From positions 1 to 29,578 of the forward strand of contig JBBRLX010000040.1 of assembly GCA_038231135.1 (NCBI GenBank): 29,578 nt of DNA, written 5' to 3'. This stretch comes from Candidatus Eiseniibacteriota bacterium. GTDB lineage: Bacteria; Eisenbacteria; RBG-16-71-46. The notes under the pieces are model-generated. The model made no database searches. It was not told the origin of the DNA and saw only the letters and a program-made list of their open reading frames with translations. Each line of letters begins with the position of its first letter. The first letter of the stretch is position 1. Positions 16,657 through 25,568 of the stretch are shown piece after piece. A program made the position numbers and the translations under genes.

Positions 16657-19500
16657 CTAACCTCCGGCGGCAGGCCGCGGTTCCGGAGTTCGGGGCGCCC
16701 CCGCCGTCGCCTGTCCGGCCACCCCGGTGGGTCCCGCCGCCCCGGTGGCCCCCGTTCTCCCGCGCTCCCGGATCACGTCCTCGAGGCACGTTACGACCAG
16801 CGCCGTCCAGCCGGTCTGATGGGACGCGCCGCACCCCCGACCCGTGTCGCCGTCGAAATACTCGTGGAACGACACCAGGTCCCGCCAGTGTGGATCGTCG
16901 GCCAGCCGCCGATCGCCGCCGTCGCACGGGCGCTCTCCGTGATCGTCCTTCAAGACCAGCGTCGTCAACCGGCGTTGCAGCTCGCGGGCGACCTCGGCCA
17001 GCGTCATCCGGTGACCGGATCCGGTCGGACACTCCACCTGGAACTCGGGGCCATAGAAGTGGTCGTAGCGCTCGAGCGCCTCGATGAGCAGGAAGTTGAG
17101 CGGGAACCACACCGGCCCGCGCCAGTTGGAATTACCGCCGAACAGGCCGCTGGTGCTCTCGCCGGGCGCATAGTCGACACGGTAGTGGGCGCCGCGCACG
17201 TCGAGCTGATACGGCTCGCGTTCGTGCACCTTGGACAGCGAGCGGATCCCGTGCGGCGACAGGAATTCGTTCTCGTCGAGCACGTAGCGCAGCACGCGCT
17301 CGAGCCGCTGCCGCGACGGCATCGCCAGATGACGGTGGCCGGTCTCTCCGCGGTTTGCCGCGACGCCACGCTCTGCCGGGTCCGCCGCCTCCGGCGCCTC
17401 CATCCCCCCCCGGTCCTCGTCCGTTTCCGGATGGCCCTCGTGTGCCATGTAGGCGATGTCGCGCCCCAGGTCCTTGCGATTCTCGAGAAACCAGTTCATG
17501 CGCTTCGAGAACCCGGGCAGCTTCGCGATCTGATCCTGTTCCAGGTTCTCGACCGCGAACAGCGGGATGATGCCGACCATCGAGCGGATCTTGAGCGGTA
17601 GCGTGATGCCGTCGAATTGCAGCTGGTCGTAGTAGAAGCCGTCGGTCTCGTCCCACAGCCCGGTGCCACCGAGCGAATTCATCGCGTCGGCAATCGCGAC
17701 GAAGTGCTCGAAGAACTTCGACGCCACGTCCTCGTATGCCGGGTCCTCGCTCGCCAGTTCCAGCGCCATCGCCAGCATGGTGGTGCAGAAGAACGCCATC
17801 CAGGCCGTGCCGTCGGCCTGTTCCAGGCGGCCGCCGGTGGGCAGCGGCTTCGAGCGGTCGAACACCCCGATGTTGTCGAGCCCGAGGAAGCCGCCGCCGA
17901 ACAGATGATGGCCTTCCAGGTCCTTGCGGTTCACCCACCACGTGAAATTGATCAGCAGTTTCTGGAACGTGCGCTCGAGGAACAACCGGTCGCGATGGCC
18001 GCGCGCGCCGGTCAGCTTGTACGTGCGCCAGCACGCCCAGGCGTGCACCGGTGGATTCACGTCGCCGAATTCGAACTCGTACGCCGGCAGCTGGCCGTTC
18101 GGGTGCATGTACCATTCGCGCAGCAGCAGGATGAGCTGCGATTTCGCGAACTCGGGGTCGAGCCGCGCGAACGGGATCATGTGGAACGCCAGATCCCACG
18201 CCGCGAACCACGGGTACTCCCAGGCGTCGGGCATCGACAGCACGTCGCGCGCGTGGAGGTACTGGAACCCGTGATTGCGTCCGGTCCAGCGCGCCATCGG
18301 CGCCGGCGGCTGCGCCGGATCGCCTTCAAGCCACTCGCGCACCACGAACTCGTAGAACTGCCGCGACCACACGAGGCCGGCGTAGCCCTGGCGCATCACG
18401 CGCCGCTCGTCCTCGCCGGCGCCGCGCGGCGCCAGCGTCTCGTGGAACGCGTCGCATTCGTGACGGCGCAATTCCAGCACCTGCTCCTGCTCGCGGCGGT
18501 TCAGCACCGGCGCCGGCACGGCGGCCGGCAGCAGCCGCAGGTGGACGGAGTATTCGCCGCCGGCGGGAACGTCGAGCACGTAATGAAACGCCGCCTTCGT
18601 CCCCTGGTCCGGATGCACGGCGTCCTTGCGGCCGTGGATCACGAACTCGTGGAACGCGTCCTTCACGTGGGGGCTCGCGGGCGCCACGCCGAACAGCCGC
18701 GCGCTGTTGGTCTCGTTGTCCGTGAACAACAGCTCCGGCGCCGCTCCGCCCGGACCGGGCTCGGGGACGAGGCGGAAATCGCCGAGCGCCGCGTGGGTGG
18801 CGAACACCGAGCCCGCGGCCTCGCGGCGCAGCGCCGGCCGGCCGGCGAAATCCTCGCCGGTGCGGCCCCAGCTCCAGGTGTTGCGGAACCACAACGTCGG
18901 CAGCAGATGGAGCGTCGCCGCGTCGGGCCCGCGGTTCGCCACGGTGATGCGGATCGCGATGTCCTCGGCGGCGGCCTTCGCGTATTCCACGGTCACGTCG
19001 AAGTACCGCCCGCCGTCGAACACCCCGGTGTCGGCCAGCTCGAATTCACGATCGAGCCTGCCGCGGCGGCGGTTTTCCTCGACCAGCCGCGCATACGGGA
19101 ACTCCGCCTGCGGATACTTGTAGAGCGCCCGCAGATAGGACGAGGTGGGCGTGCCGTCGAGGTAGTACCAGTAGTCCTTCACGTCCTCGCCGTGATTGCC
19201 CTCCGGACCGCCGAGCCCGAACGGCCGCTCCTTGAGGATCGGGTCCCGGCCGTTCCACAGCGCGAGCGCGAAGCACAGCCGGCACTGGCGATCGCAGATC
19301 CCGAGCAACCCGTCCTCGCCCCAGCGGTAGGCGCGGCTGCGCGCGTGATCGTGCGGGAAGTACGTCCAGCACGTGCCGTCGGCCGAATAGTCCTCGCGCA
19401 CGGTGCCCCACTGACGCTCGGACAGATAGGGACCCCAGCGCTTCCAGTTGTGCTCCCGCCGCGCCTCGGCGTCGAGGCGCACCCGCTCGGGGTTCGTCAT
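16657..19500 (-). CDS. GH63/MGH1-like glycoside hydrolase (glucosidase)
   Basis: Motifs WKRWGPYLSERQWGTVREDYS, SMPDAWEYPWFAAWDLAFH, GGFLGLDNIG, FGGNSNWRGPVW and GASHQTGWT; ATG at 19500 overlaps the upstream stop (ATGA). Confidence 0.92.
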   Translation of the reverse strand: MTNPERVRLDAEARREHNWKRWGPYLSERQWGTVREDYSADGTCWTYFPHDHARSRAYRWGEDGLLGICDRQCRLCFALALWNGRDPILKERPFGLGGPEGNHGEDVKDYWYYLDGTPTSSYLRALYKYPQAEFPYARLVEENRRRGRLDREFELADTGVFDGGRYFDVTVEYAKAAAEDIAIRITVANRGPDAATLHLLPTLWFRNTWSWGRTGEDFAGRPALRREAAGSVFATHAALGDFRLVPEPGPGGAAPELLFTDNETNSARLFGVAPASPHVKDAFHEFVIHGRKDAVHPDQGTKAAFHYVLDVPAGGEYSVHLRLLPAAVPAPVLNRREQEQVLELRRHECDAFHETLAPRGAGEDERRVMRQGYAGLVWSRQFYEFVVREWLEGDPAQPPAPMARWTGRNHGFQYLHARDVLSMPDAWEYPWFAAWDLAFHMIPFARLDPEFAKSQLILLLREWYMHPNGQLPAYEFEFGDVNPPVHAWACWRTYKLTGARGHRDRLFLERTFQKLLINFTWWVNRKDLEGHHLFGGGFLGLDNIGVFDRSKPLPTGGRLEQADGTAWMAFFCTTMLAMALELASEDPAYEDVASKFFEHFVAIADAMNSLGGTGLWDETDGFYYDQLQFDGITLPLKIRSMVGIIPLFAVENLEQDQIAKLPGFSKRMNWFLENRKDLGRDIAYMAHEGHPETDEDRGGMEAPEAADPAERGVAANRGETGHRHLAMPSRQRLERVLRYVLDENEFLSPHGIRSLSKVHEREPYQLDVRGAHYRVDYAPGESTSGLFGGNSNWRGPVWFPLNFLLIEALERYDHFYGPEFQVECPTGSGHRMTLAEVARELQRRLTTLVLKDDHGERPCDGGDRRLADDPHWRDLVSFHEYFDGDTGRGCGASHQTGWTALVVTCLEDVIRERGRTGATGAAGPTGVAGQATAGAPRTPEPRPAAGG

Positions 19501-21293
19501 GCCGGCTCCGGGGCGGTGAGCTCCTGCCCGGGCTTCCAGCCGGTGCGCGCCAGATGCTCGAGCCAGCCGATCACGCGCTCGCGATCGACGTGCGTCGTGA
19601 CCAGCAGCAGATCGCCGTGGTCCGCCCAGGCCAGTGCGGCCCCCACCGCGCCGAGTTCCGAGTCGTGGCGTTCGATCTGGTCGAGCCGGGCGCCGAGCTG
19701 GAGCAGCGCGCGCTGCATCAGCTCGGGCACGGCGCCCGGTGCACGGCCGCGCAGGAATGGCTCCATGTCCTTGAGGAACACGCGGCTGGGCGTCATGCGC
19801 CAGGCCTCGCGCACCAGCTCGCGGATCGCGTCGTCGTCGCGGTCCCCGGCCTGCCCGAGCACCAGGCCGCGCCGCAACGCCGGCATGTCGCGGACCATCC
19901 GGGCGATCGCTCGCAGGCCGTGCGGATTGTGCGCGTAGTCCACGATCACGCGCAGGCCCTCGAAGTCCCAGATGTTCGTGCGGCCCGGGTTCATGGCCGG
20001 TGACGCTTCGAACCCGGTGACGCCGGCCGTCATCGCCGCGACGGGCAGCCCGAGCGCCGCCGCCACGCCGATCGCGCCGAGCGCGTTCGCGACGTTGTGC
20101 CGGGCCAGCCCGCCGAGCGCGATCGGCACGTCGGCCACGCGCGCGATCGCGGAGCGCCGGCCGGCCTGCGCCAGCATCAGCGTGTCGTGTTCGAGCCACA
20201 CCGCGTCGCCACCGCCGGCGACGTGCGCCCGCACCATTGGATCGCCGCCCATCAACGTGAACCAGGTCACCGGCGCCGCCAGCCGGACCCCGCGCTCGCG
20301 CAACAGCGGATCGTCGGCGTCGAGCACGACGCGGCCGTCCGGGCCCACCGCCTTCGCCACGGTCAGCTTCACGTCCGCGAGCGCCGGCAGGTCGTAGATG
20401 CCGTACTCGCCCAGATGGTCGTTCGCGACGTTCGTCACCAGCGCGGCCGCCGCGCGCCGCACCGCCAGCCCGCGCCGCAGGATGCCGCCGCGCGCGAGCT
20501 CGAGCACGGCCATCCCGACCCGGCGATCGCGCAGCACGGCGCGCGCGCCGTTGGGGCCCGAGAAATCGCCCACCGCGATCACCTCGTCGCCCACGGTCAC
20601 GCGATCCGTCGTCGTCGCGCCCGCCACGGCACCCGCGGCTCCCGCCATGGCGGCGATCAGCCGCACCGAGGTCGACTTGCCGTTCGTGCCGGTGACGAGC
20701 GCCACCGGCACGTCCGACAGCTCGCTCCACGGCACGTCGGCCGCGGCCGGCAGCGGGCCCGTCATCGGCCACGTCCGGGAACCGGCGCCGAGGCCGATCG
20801 AGACGAACTCGTCGTCGGCCAGCAGCGTCAGGCCGCGCACCTCCGCGTGCTCGGCGAGCGTGTTGAGCCCGGGCTTGCGCTCGAACGCGATGCGCGCGCG
20901 CAGCCAGGCGGCGATCGCCGGCGCTTCGGGCAGCGCGGCGCCACCGGCTGTCGGCGCATAGGGAGCGCCGTCCGGCAGGTTCGTCCAGCCGATCGCCGCC
21001 GGAACGCCGCCCAGTTCGGCCACCGCCGCGTACCACGCCGCCTCGTTCAGCTCGGTGGCCGAATACAGCGCGTCGAGCGGCGCCCGGATGGCCAGGCTCG
21101 CGCCGCCCGCGTGCCGCCGTGCGACCGGAACGGACGGCCACCCAACCTCGTCCAGCAGCCGGTGGGCATGAGCGGTCCACGCGGTGATCGCGAGGCCGGG
21201 ATCGAGCCCATCGAGCGACACGTCGAGGATCGCCCCCGGCGCATCGAGCCACGGGTTCGTTCCCGTCAGGCGGCGCGAGTCGAGGATGCGCAC
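19497..21293 (-). CDS. cyanophycin synthetase-related Mur ligase (N and M domains, no ATP-grasp)
   Basis: N-terminus RILDSRRLTGTNPW parallels the CphA N-terminus KILDSSVYLGPS. M domain has VTGTNGKST, LELARGGILRRGL, NVANDHLG and DYAHNP. No ATP-grasp motifs. The likely start is GTG 21293 (ORF track 21356). Confidence 0.85.
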   Translation of the reverse strand: MRILDSRRLTGTNPWLDAPGAILDVSLDGLDPGLAITAWTAHAHRLLDEVGWPSVPVARRHAGGASLAIRAPLDALYSATELNEAAWYAAVAELGGVPAAIGWTNLPDGAPYAPTAGGAALPEAPAIAAWLRARIAFERKPGLNTLAEHAEVRGLTLLADDEFVSIGLGAGSRTWPMTGPLPAAADVPWSELSDVPVALVTGTNGKSTSVRLIAAMAGAAGAVAGATTTDRVTVGDEVIAVGDFSGPNGARAVLRDRRVGMAVLELARGGILRRGLAVRRAAAALVTNVANDHLGEYGIYDLPALADVKLTVAKAVGPDGRVVLDADDPLLRERGVRLAAPVTWFTLMGGDPMVRAHVAGGGDAVWLEHDTLMLAQAGRRSAIARVADVPIALGGLARHNVANALGAIGVAAALGLPVAAMTAGVTGFEASPAMNPGRTNIWDFEGLRVIVDYAHNPHGLRAIARMVRDMPALRRGLVLGQAGDRDDDAIRELVREAWRMTPSRVFLKDMEPFLRGRAPGAVPELMQRALLQLGARLDQIERHDSELGAVGAALAWADHGDLLLVTTHVDRERVIGWLEHLARTGWKPGQELTAPEPA

Positions 21294-21306
21294 GGCGGGA
21301 TGCGGC

Positions 21307-24096
21307 TCAGTCGGTGACTTCGGTTTCGCGCGCGAGCCGGACCCCGCGCTCGTCACGCACCAGCAACTGCTCGTCGAGCTCGACGAGCGCGTCGGTCGGC
21401 ACCTCGGCGGCCGCGATGTCGGCGCCGCCGTTCATCGGGGCGGCCCCGTCGGCGGGGCGGAACTGCGTCACCTGGCGCCACGTGCGCGTCACCGCGTCCG
21501 AGAACATCAGCAGCAGGTCGCCCGGCCGCGCCGCGGTAAGCGCCGCCTCCACCGCGCGCTGCTCGTCGGGGATCATGTCGATGTGCTGCGGCGGCACGCC
21601 GGCCTCGAGCAGTGCCGCGCGCAGCATGCGCGGCACCTCGTCGGGCTTGCGGCCGCGCAGGCCGTCGTCGCGCCGCACCCAGTAGTGGTCGAAGTGGCCC
21701 GCGGCCTCGCGCCCGATGTCGGCGATGTCGGCGTCGCGCCGGTCCCCGGGGGCGGCGAGCACGCACAACCGGCGGCCCTTCGCGTCGAGCCGGTCGGTCA
21801 ACTCGCACATCGCGTGCACGGCGGCGGCGTTGTGGCCGTAGTCCATGATCACACGGAATGGCAGGCCGTCGTAGACGTTCATGCGGCCGGGCACGCGGTC
21901 GAACGACATTTCGAACGTGCGCAGGCCCTGGCGGATCTCCTCCACGGTGGCGCCCATGCTGAACGCGATCGCGGCCGCGAACATCGCGTTCTGCACGTTG
22001 TGCGTCGCGCGGCCGTCGAGCGTCGCCGGGATCGCGTGCGTCCACAGCAGCGGCAGGTGCGCGCCGCGGTCGAACAGCGTGATCATGTGGCCGTTCACAC
22101 CCTCCTCGAGCGCCACCGCACGGCCGCCGGCGCGGATATGCTCCTTCACCAGCGGATAGTTGGAGCGCAGCGTGACGTAGCACAGGTGCTTCGCCTGGGT
22201 GTGATCCGCCATCCGCAGGCAGGCGGGATCGTCGGCGTTCAGCACCGCCGTGTCGCGCGCCACTTCGATCACCACGCGCTTCACCTCCGCAAGCTGCTCG
22301 AGCGTCTCGACGCCCTTGAGGCCCAGGTGGTCCGAGCTGACGTTGAGCACCGCGCCCACGGTGCCCTTGCGGTAACCGAGTCCGCGCCGCAGGATGCCGC
22401 CGCGCGCGGCCTCGAGCACCGCGATGTCGACGTGCGGATCGCGCAGCACCATCCGCGCCGCGACCGGGCCCGTCATGTCGCCCTTCACCGTGAGCTGGCC
22501 GTTGATGTACACGCCGTCGGTGGTGGTGAGGCCCACGTGGCGGCCGGCGAGGCGGAACACGTGCGCGAGCATGCGGGCGGTCGTGGTCTTGCCGTTCGTG
22601 CCGGTGATGGTGGCGATCGGAATCCGCGCCGGCGTGCCGGGCGGGAACAGCATGTCGATCACCGGGCCCGCCACGTCGCGCGGCGTGCCCTCGCTCGGCG
22701 CCACGTGCATGCGGAACCCCGGCGCCGCGTTCACTTCGCAGATCGCGCCGCCACCGTCCTTGTAGGACCGCGCGATGTCGGGGCCGATGAAGTCCACGCC
22801 GCCCACATCGAGCCCGATCGCCTTGATCGCGCGCACCGCCATCTCGACGTTGTCGGGGTGGACGTCGTCGGTGACGTCGATCGCGGTGCCGCCGGTCGAC
22901 AGGTTGCCGGTGCGCCGCAGCATCACGATGTCGCCGGCCGCGGCGACGGTGTGGCGGGTGTAGCCGCGCGCCGCGAGGCAGCGGTCCGCCTGCGCGTCGA
23001 GCTCGAGCCGCGTCAGCACCTTCTCGTGCCCGATGCCGCGCCGCGGATCGTGGTTGGTGAGATCGACGAGCTGCGCGATCGTGTGGTCGCCGTCGCCGAC
23101 GACGTGCCCCGGCACCCGCTCGGCCGCGGCGATCAGGCGGCCGTCGACCACCAGCAGCCGGTAGTCGCGGCCGGCGACGAACGTCTCCACGATCACCGCA
23201 CGACTGACTTCGCGGGCGTGGCGGAACGCCTCGCGCACGTGGGCGCCATCGCGCAGGTCGAGCGCCACCGCGCGCCCGTGGTTGCCGTTGTAGGGCTTGA
23301 CCACGACCGGGAACCCGAGCTTCTGCGCGGCGACCGCGGCCTCCTCCTCGGAATACACGAGCCGCTGCTGCGGCACCGGCAGGCCCAGGTCGCCGAGGAT
23401 GCGGTTCGTCTCCTCCTTGTCGGACGCGATCTCGACCGCGATGTGCCGGGTCTCGCTCGTGATCGTGGCCTGGATGCGGTGCTGATGCCGCCCGTGGCCG
23501 AACTGAACGAGGCTCTGGTTGTTGAGCCGGATCCACGGGATGTCGCGTTCTTCGGCCGCGCGCACCAGCGCCGCCGTGCTCGGTCCGAGCGTGCGCCGCT
23601 GGGTGAACCGGATGAAGTCGTCACGCTGGGATTCGAACTCGAACCCTGGGAGCGGCAGGTCCGCGTCCCGCAGCACCGCGGGCAGCAGCGACTGCAGCAG
23701 CAGCATCGCGAGACGGCTCGCCTCGAGGCCGACCTCCGATTGCTCGTACTGGTAGACCACGTGATAACGGCCCGGCGGTCCGGCCTCGCGCGTCTTGCCG
23801 AACGTGACCTTGGCGCCGGCGACGTTCTGCAGCTCGATCGCCACGTGCTCGAGCACGTGCCCCAGCCAGGTGCCTTCGTCCTCGGTCATGCGGCGCACGA
23901 ACCCGCCCGGCGCGCCATAGGAACAGCCGTGCTCGGCGAGCCCCGGCAGCGCCTCGAGCAGCGCGTCGATGAAATGGCGCCCCAGCCGCACGGTGGGCCA
24001 GGCCTCGAGCTCGCCCAGGTCCACGGTGAGGCGGATCACCGGGAAATGCGCGTGGAGACTGGGACCCAGGTAGACCGAGGAATCGAGGATCTTCAT
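21307..24096 (-). CDS. cphA: cyanophycin synthetase CphA1
   Basis: N domain with EHGCSYG...GHVLEH; LGPSTAALV; ATP-grasp motifs VVKPYNGNHG, GRDYRLLVV, NLSTGG and EVNAAPG; Mur domain motifs ITGTNGKTT and DYGHN; ATG at 24096. Confidence 0.96.
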   Translation of the reverse strand: MKILDSSVYLGPSLHAHFPVIRLTVDLGELEAWPTVRLGRHFIDALLEALPGLAEHGCSYGAPGGFVRRMTEDEGTWLGHVLEHVAIELQNVAGAKVTFGKTREAGPPGRYHVVYQYEQSEVGLEASRLAMLLLQSLLPAVLRDADLPLPGFEFESQRDDFIRFTQRRTLGPSTAALVRAAEERDIPWIRLNNQSLVQFGHGRHQHRIQATITSETRHIAVEIASDKEETNRILGDLGLPVPQQRLVYSEEEAAVAAQKLGFPVVVKPYNGNHGRAVALDLRDGAHVREAFRHAREVSRAVIVETFVAGRDYRLLVVDGRLIAAAERVPGHVVGDGDHTIAQLVDLTNHDPRRGIGHEKVLTRLELDAQADRCLAARGYTRHTVAAAGDIVMLRRTGNLSTGGTAIDVTDDVHPDNVEMAVRAIKAIGLDVGGVDFIGPDIARSYKDGGGAICEVNAAPGFRMHVAPSEGTPRDVAGPVIDMLFPPGTPARIPIATITGTNGKTTTARMLAHVFRLAGRHVGLTTTDGVYINGQLTVKGDMTGPVAARMVLRDPHVDIAVLEAARGGILRRGLGYRKGTVGAVLNVSSDHLGLKGVETLEQLAEVKRVVIEVARDTAVLNADDPACLRMADHTQAKHLCYVTLRSNYPLVKEHIRAGGRAVALEEGVNGHMITLFDRGAHLPLLWTHAIPATLDGRATHNVQNAMFAAAIAFSMGATVEEIRQGLRTFEMSFDRVPGRMNVYDGLPFRVIMDYGHNAAAVHAMCELTDRLDAKGRRLCVLAAPGDRRDADIADIGREAAGHFDHYWVRRDDGLRGRKPDEVPRMLRAALLEAGVPPQHIDMIPDEQRAVEAALTAARPGDLLLMFSDAVTRTWRQVTQFRPADGAAPMNGGADIAAAEVPTDALVELDEQLLVRDERGVRLARETEVTD

Positions 24097-24226
24097 CGGG
24101 CGGCTCCGGCGTGGACGAAGGCGGACGGCAGGGACTCCACCGCCCGTGCCAGAGTAGCACGGCCATGGCGTCACGGTCCGAAGTGACTGTGTTTGCGTCA
24201 TTAGGCTCGCTTCGGCACACTCCCCT

Positions 24227-24389
24227 TATGATCACGTGCGCACATCCACGATTCGAGTACGGCTGAGGGGCCCGCCATAAGGGTGGCGGGCCCATCCAAT
24301 CATCGCGCACGTAGCCGCACCACGGCCCACACCCGGTACCGGGATCGTCGATCCCGGCTGAAGTTCCTCATTCCCGGGAGGTTGGCGCC
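24227..24389 (+). promoter_or_regulatory. putative -10 and structured 5' leader of the four-gene operon
   Basis: TATGAT at 24227-24232; 10-bp hairpin at 24268-24293; 8-bp hairpin at 24339-24357; GGAGG RBS before ATG 24390. Confidence 0.45.
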
Positions 24390-25568
24390 ATGGCGCATGT
24401 TTATGGTTACACCGAGCAGTGGAACGAAGTGGTCACCCGGGCATCTCGCATCGCCCGGGAGGTCGCCGCCGTGAACGCGGCGGACGTCGATGCGAACGCG
24501 CGGTTCCCCGAGGAGAGCCTCGCCGCGCTCGGCGCCGCGGGGCTGATGGGTTTGTGCATCCCGAAGGCGCAGGGCGGTCTTGAAGCTCCGCCCCGCGTGT
24601 TCGCGGCGGTCGTGGAGGAGCTGGCGCAGGCGTGCGCGTCCACCGCGATGGTCTACGTGATGCACGTGAGTGCCACGCAGACGCTCGTGGCGTCGAACAC
24701 GATCGGCAACCGGGACGCGCTGCTGCGCGACATGGCCTCGGGCGCCCACCTCACGACGCTCGCATTCTCGGAGACGGGGAACCGGTCGAACTTCTGGTTG
24801 CCGGCCTCACGGCTCGAGCCGAGCGCCTCGGGGTATCGCACCAGCGCCCGGAAGTCGTGGGTCACGTCGGCCAACCATGCGCAGTCCTACGTCAGCTCGG
24901 CGCAGAAACCGGGGGCCGCGTCGCCGCTCGAGTCCACGATCTACCTGGTGCGCCGGCCTGCCGCGACGGTAAAGGTGACGAACCGGTTCGACGGGCTCGG
25001 ATTGCGCGGCAACGACTCGGCGCCGGTGACGCTGGACAAGCACCCGGTCGCCGAGACGGACCTGATCACTCCGGAGGGCGAGGGCATCGGCTGCATGCTG
25101 CAGGTGGTGCTGCCGTGGTTCGTGGTCGGCACCTCGGCCATGGCGGCCGGGCTGTGCCTTGCCGCGATCGCCGATACCGCCGGGCACCTGAGCGTCGCCG
25201 GGCTGAAATTCAACGGTTCGTCGTTGCGCGACCTCCCGAACCTCCGCGCGCGCATCGCGCAGATGTCGGTGCGCACGCAGCAGGTGCGCAGCCTGCTCGG
25301 CTACACCGTGGGCGAGATGGAGCAACCGGATGCGATGACGCCGCTGTTCGTGCTGCAGACGCGCCTCGCGGCGCTCGACGCCGCGCTCGCGGTGACCGAC
25401 CTCGCGATGAAGGCGTGCGGGGGTGCCGCGTTCTCGAAGCACCTGCGCATCGAACGGCTGTTCCGTGACGCGCGCGCCGGCTGGGTGATGGCGCCGACCG
25501 TCGATCATCTCGAGGACTTCATCGGCAAGGCCCTGACCGGCCTGCCGCTGCTCCAGGAGGCCACTTGA
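24390..25568 (+). CDS. acyl-CoA dehydrogenase-fold flavoprotein (possibly a monooxygenase)
   Basis: Motifs VEELAQACASTA...MH, LAFSETG, KSWVTS, GLGLRGNDS and CGGAAF...IERLFRDARAG; no YEG motif. Confidence 0.88.
   Translation: MAHVYGYTEQWNEVVTRASRIAREVAAVNAADVDANARFPEESLAALGAAGLMGLCIPKAQGGLEAPPRVFAAVVEELAQACASTAMVYVMHVSATQTLVASNTIGNRDALLRDMASGAHLTTLAFSETGNRSNFWLPASRLEPSASGYRTSARKSWVTSANHAQSYVSSAQKPGAASPLESTIYLVRRPAATVKVTNRFDGLGLRGNDSAPVTLDKHPVAETDLITPEGEGIGCMLQVVLPWFVVGTSAMAAGLCLAAIADTAGHLSVAGLKFNGSSLRDLPNLRARIAQMSVRTQQVRSLLGYTVGEMEQPDAMTPLFVLQTRLAALDAALAVTDLAMKACGGAAFSKHLRIERLFRDARAGWVMAPTVDHLEDFIGKALTGLPLLQEAT

Noticed and set aside
16657..21252. 1531-aa ORF read as a giant fusion
   Set aside because: The first 584 codons are an off-frame overlap with the Mur-ligase gene; the real start is 19500. 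The same applies to the extended ORFs for nuoE, nuoF, nuoG, nuoI, the radical SAM gene and 11500-13035.
24134..24152. Sigma54 promoter for cphA (TGGCAC on the - strand)
   Set aside because: The -12 position reads GTGG, not TTGC.
17617..24186. 773-aa and 1000-aa + strand ORFs
   Set aside because: They are shadows of GH63 and cphA.
24243..24300. SAM-I or SAH riboswitch (ATCC...GGCTGAGGGGCCCG resemblance)
   Set aside because: It lacks the GCAACC/GGUGC.AA core of SAM-I and the GAGGGGCGCUGC...AGGCUC core of SAH. It is kept only as an unknown structured leader.
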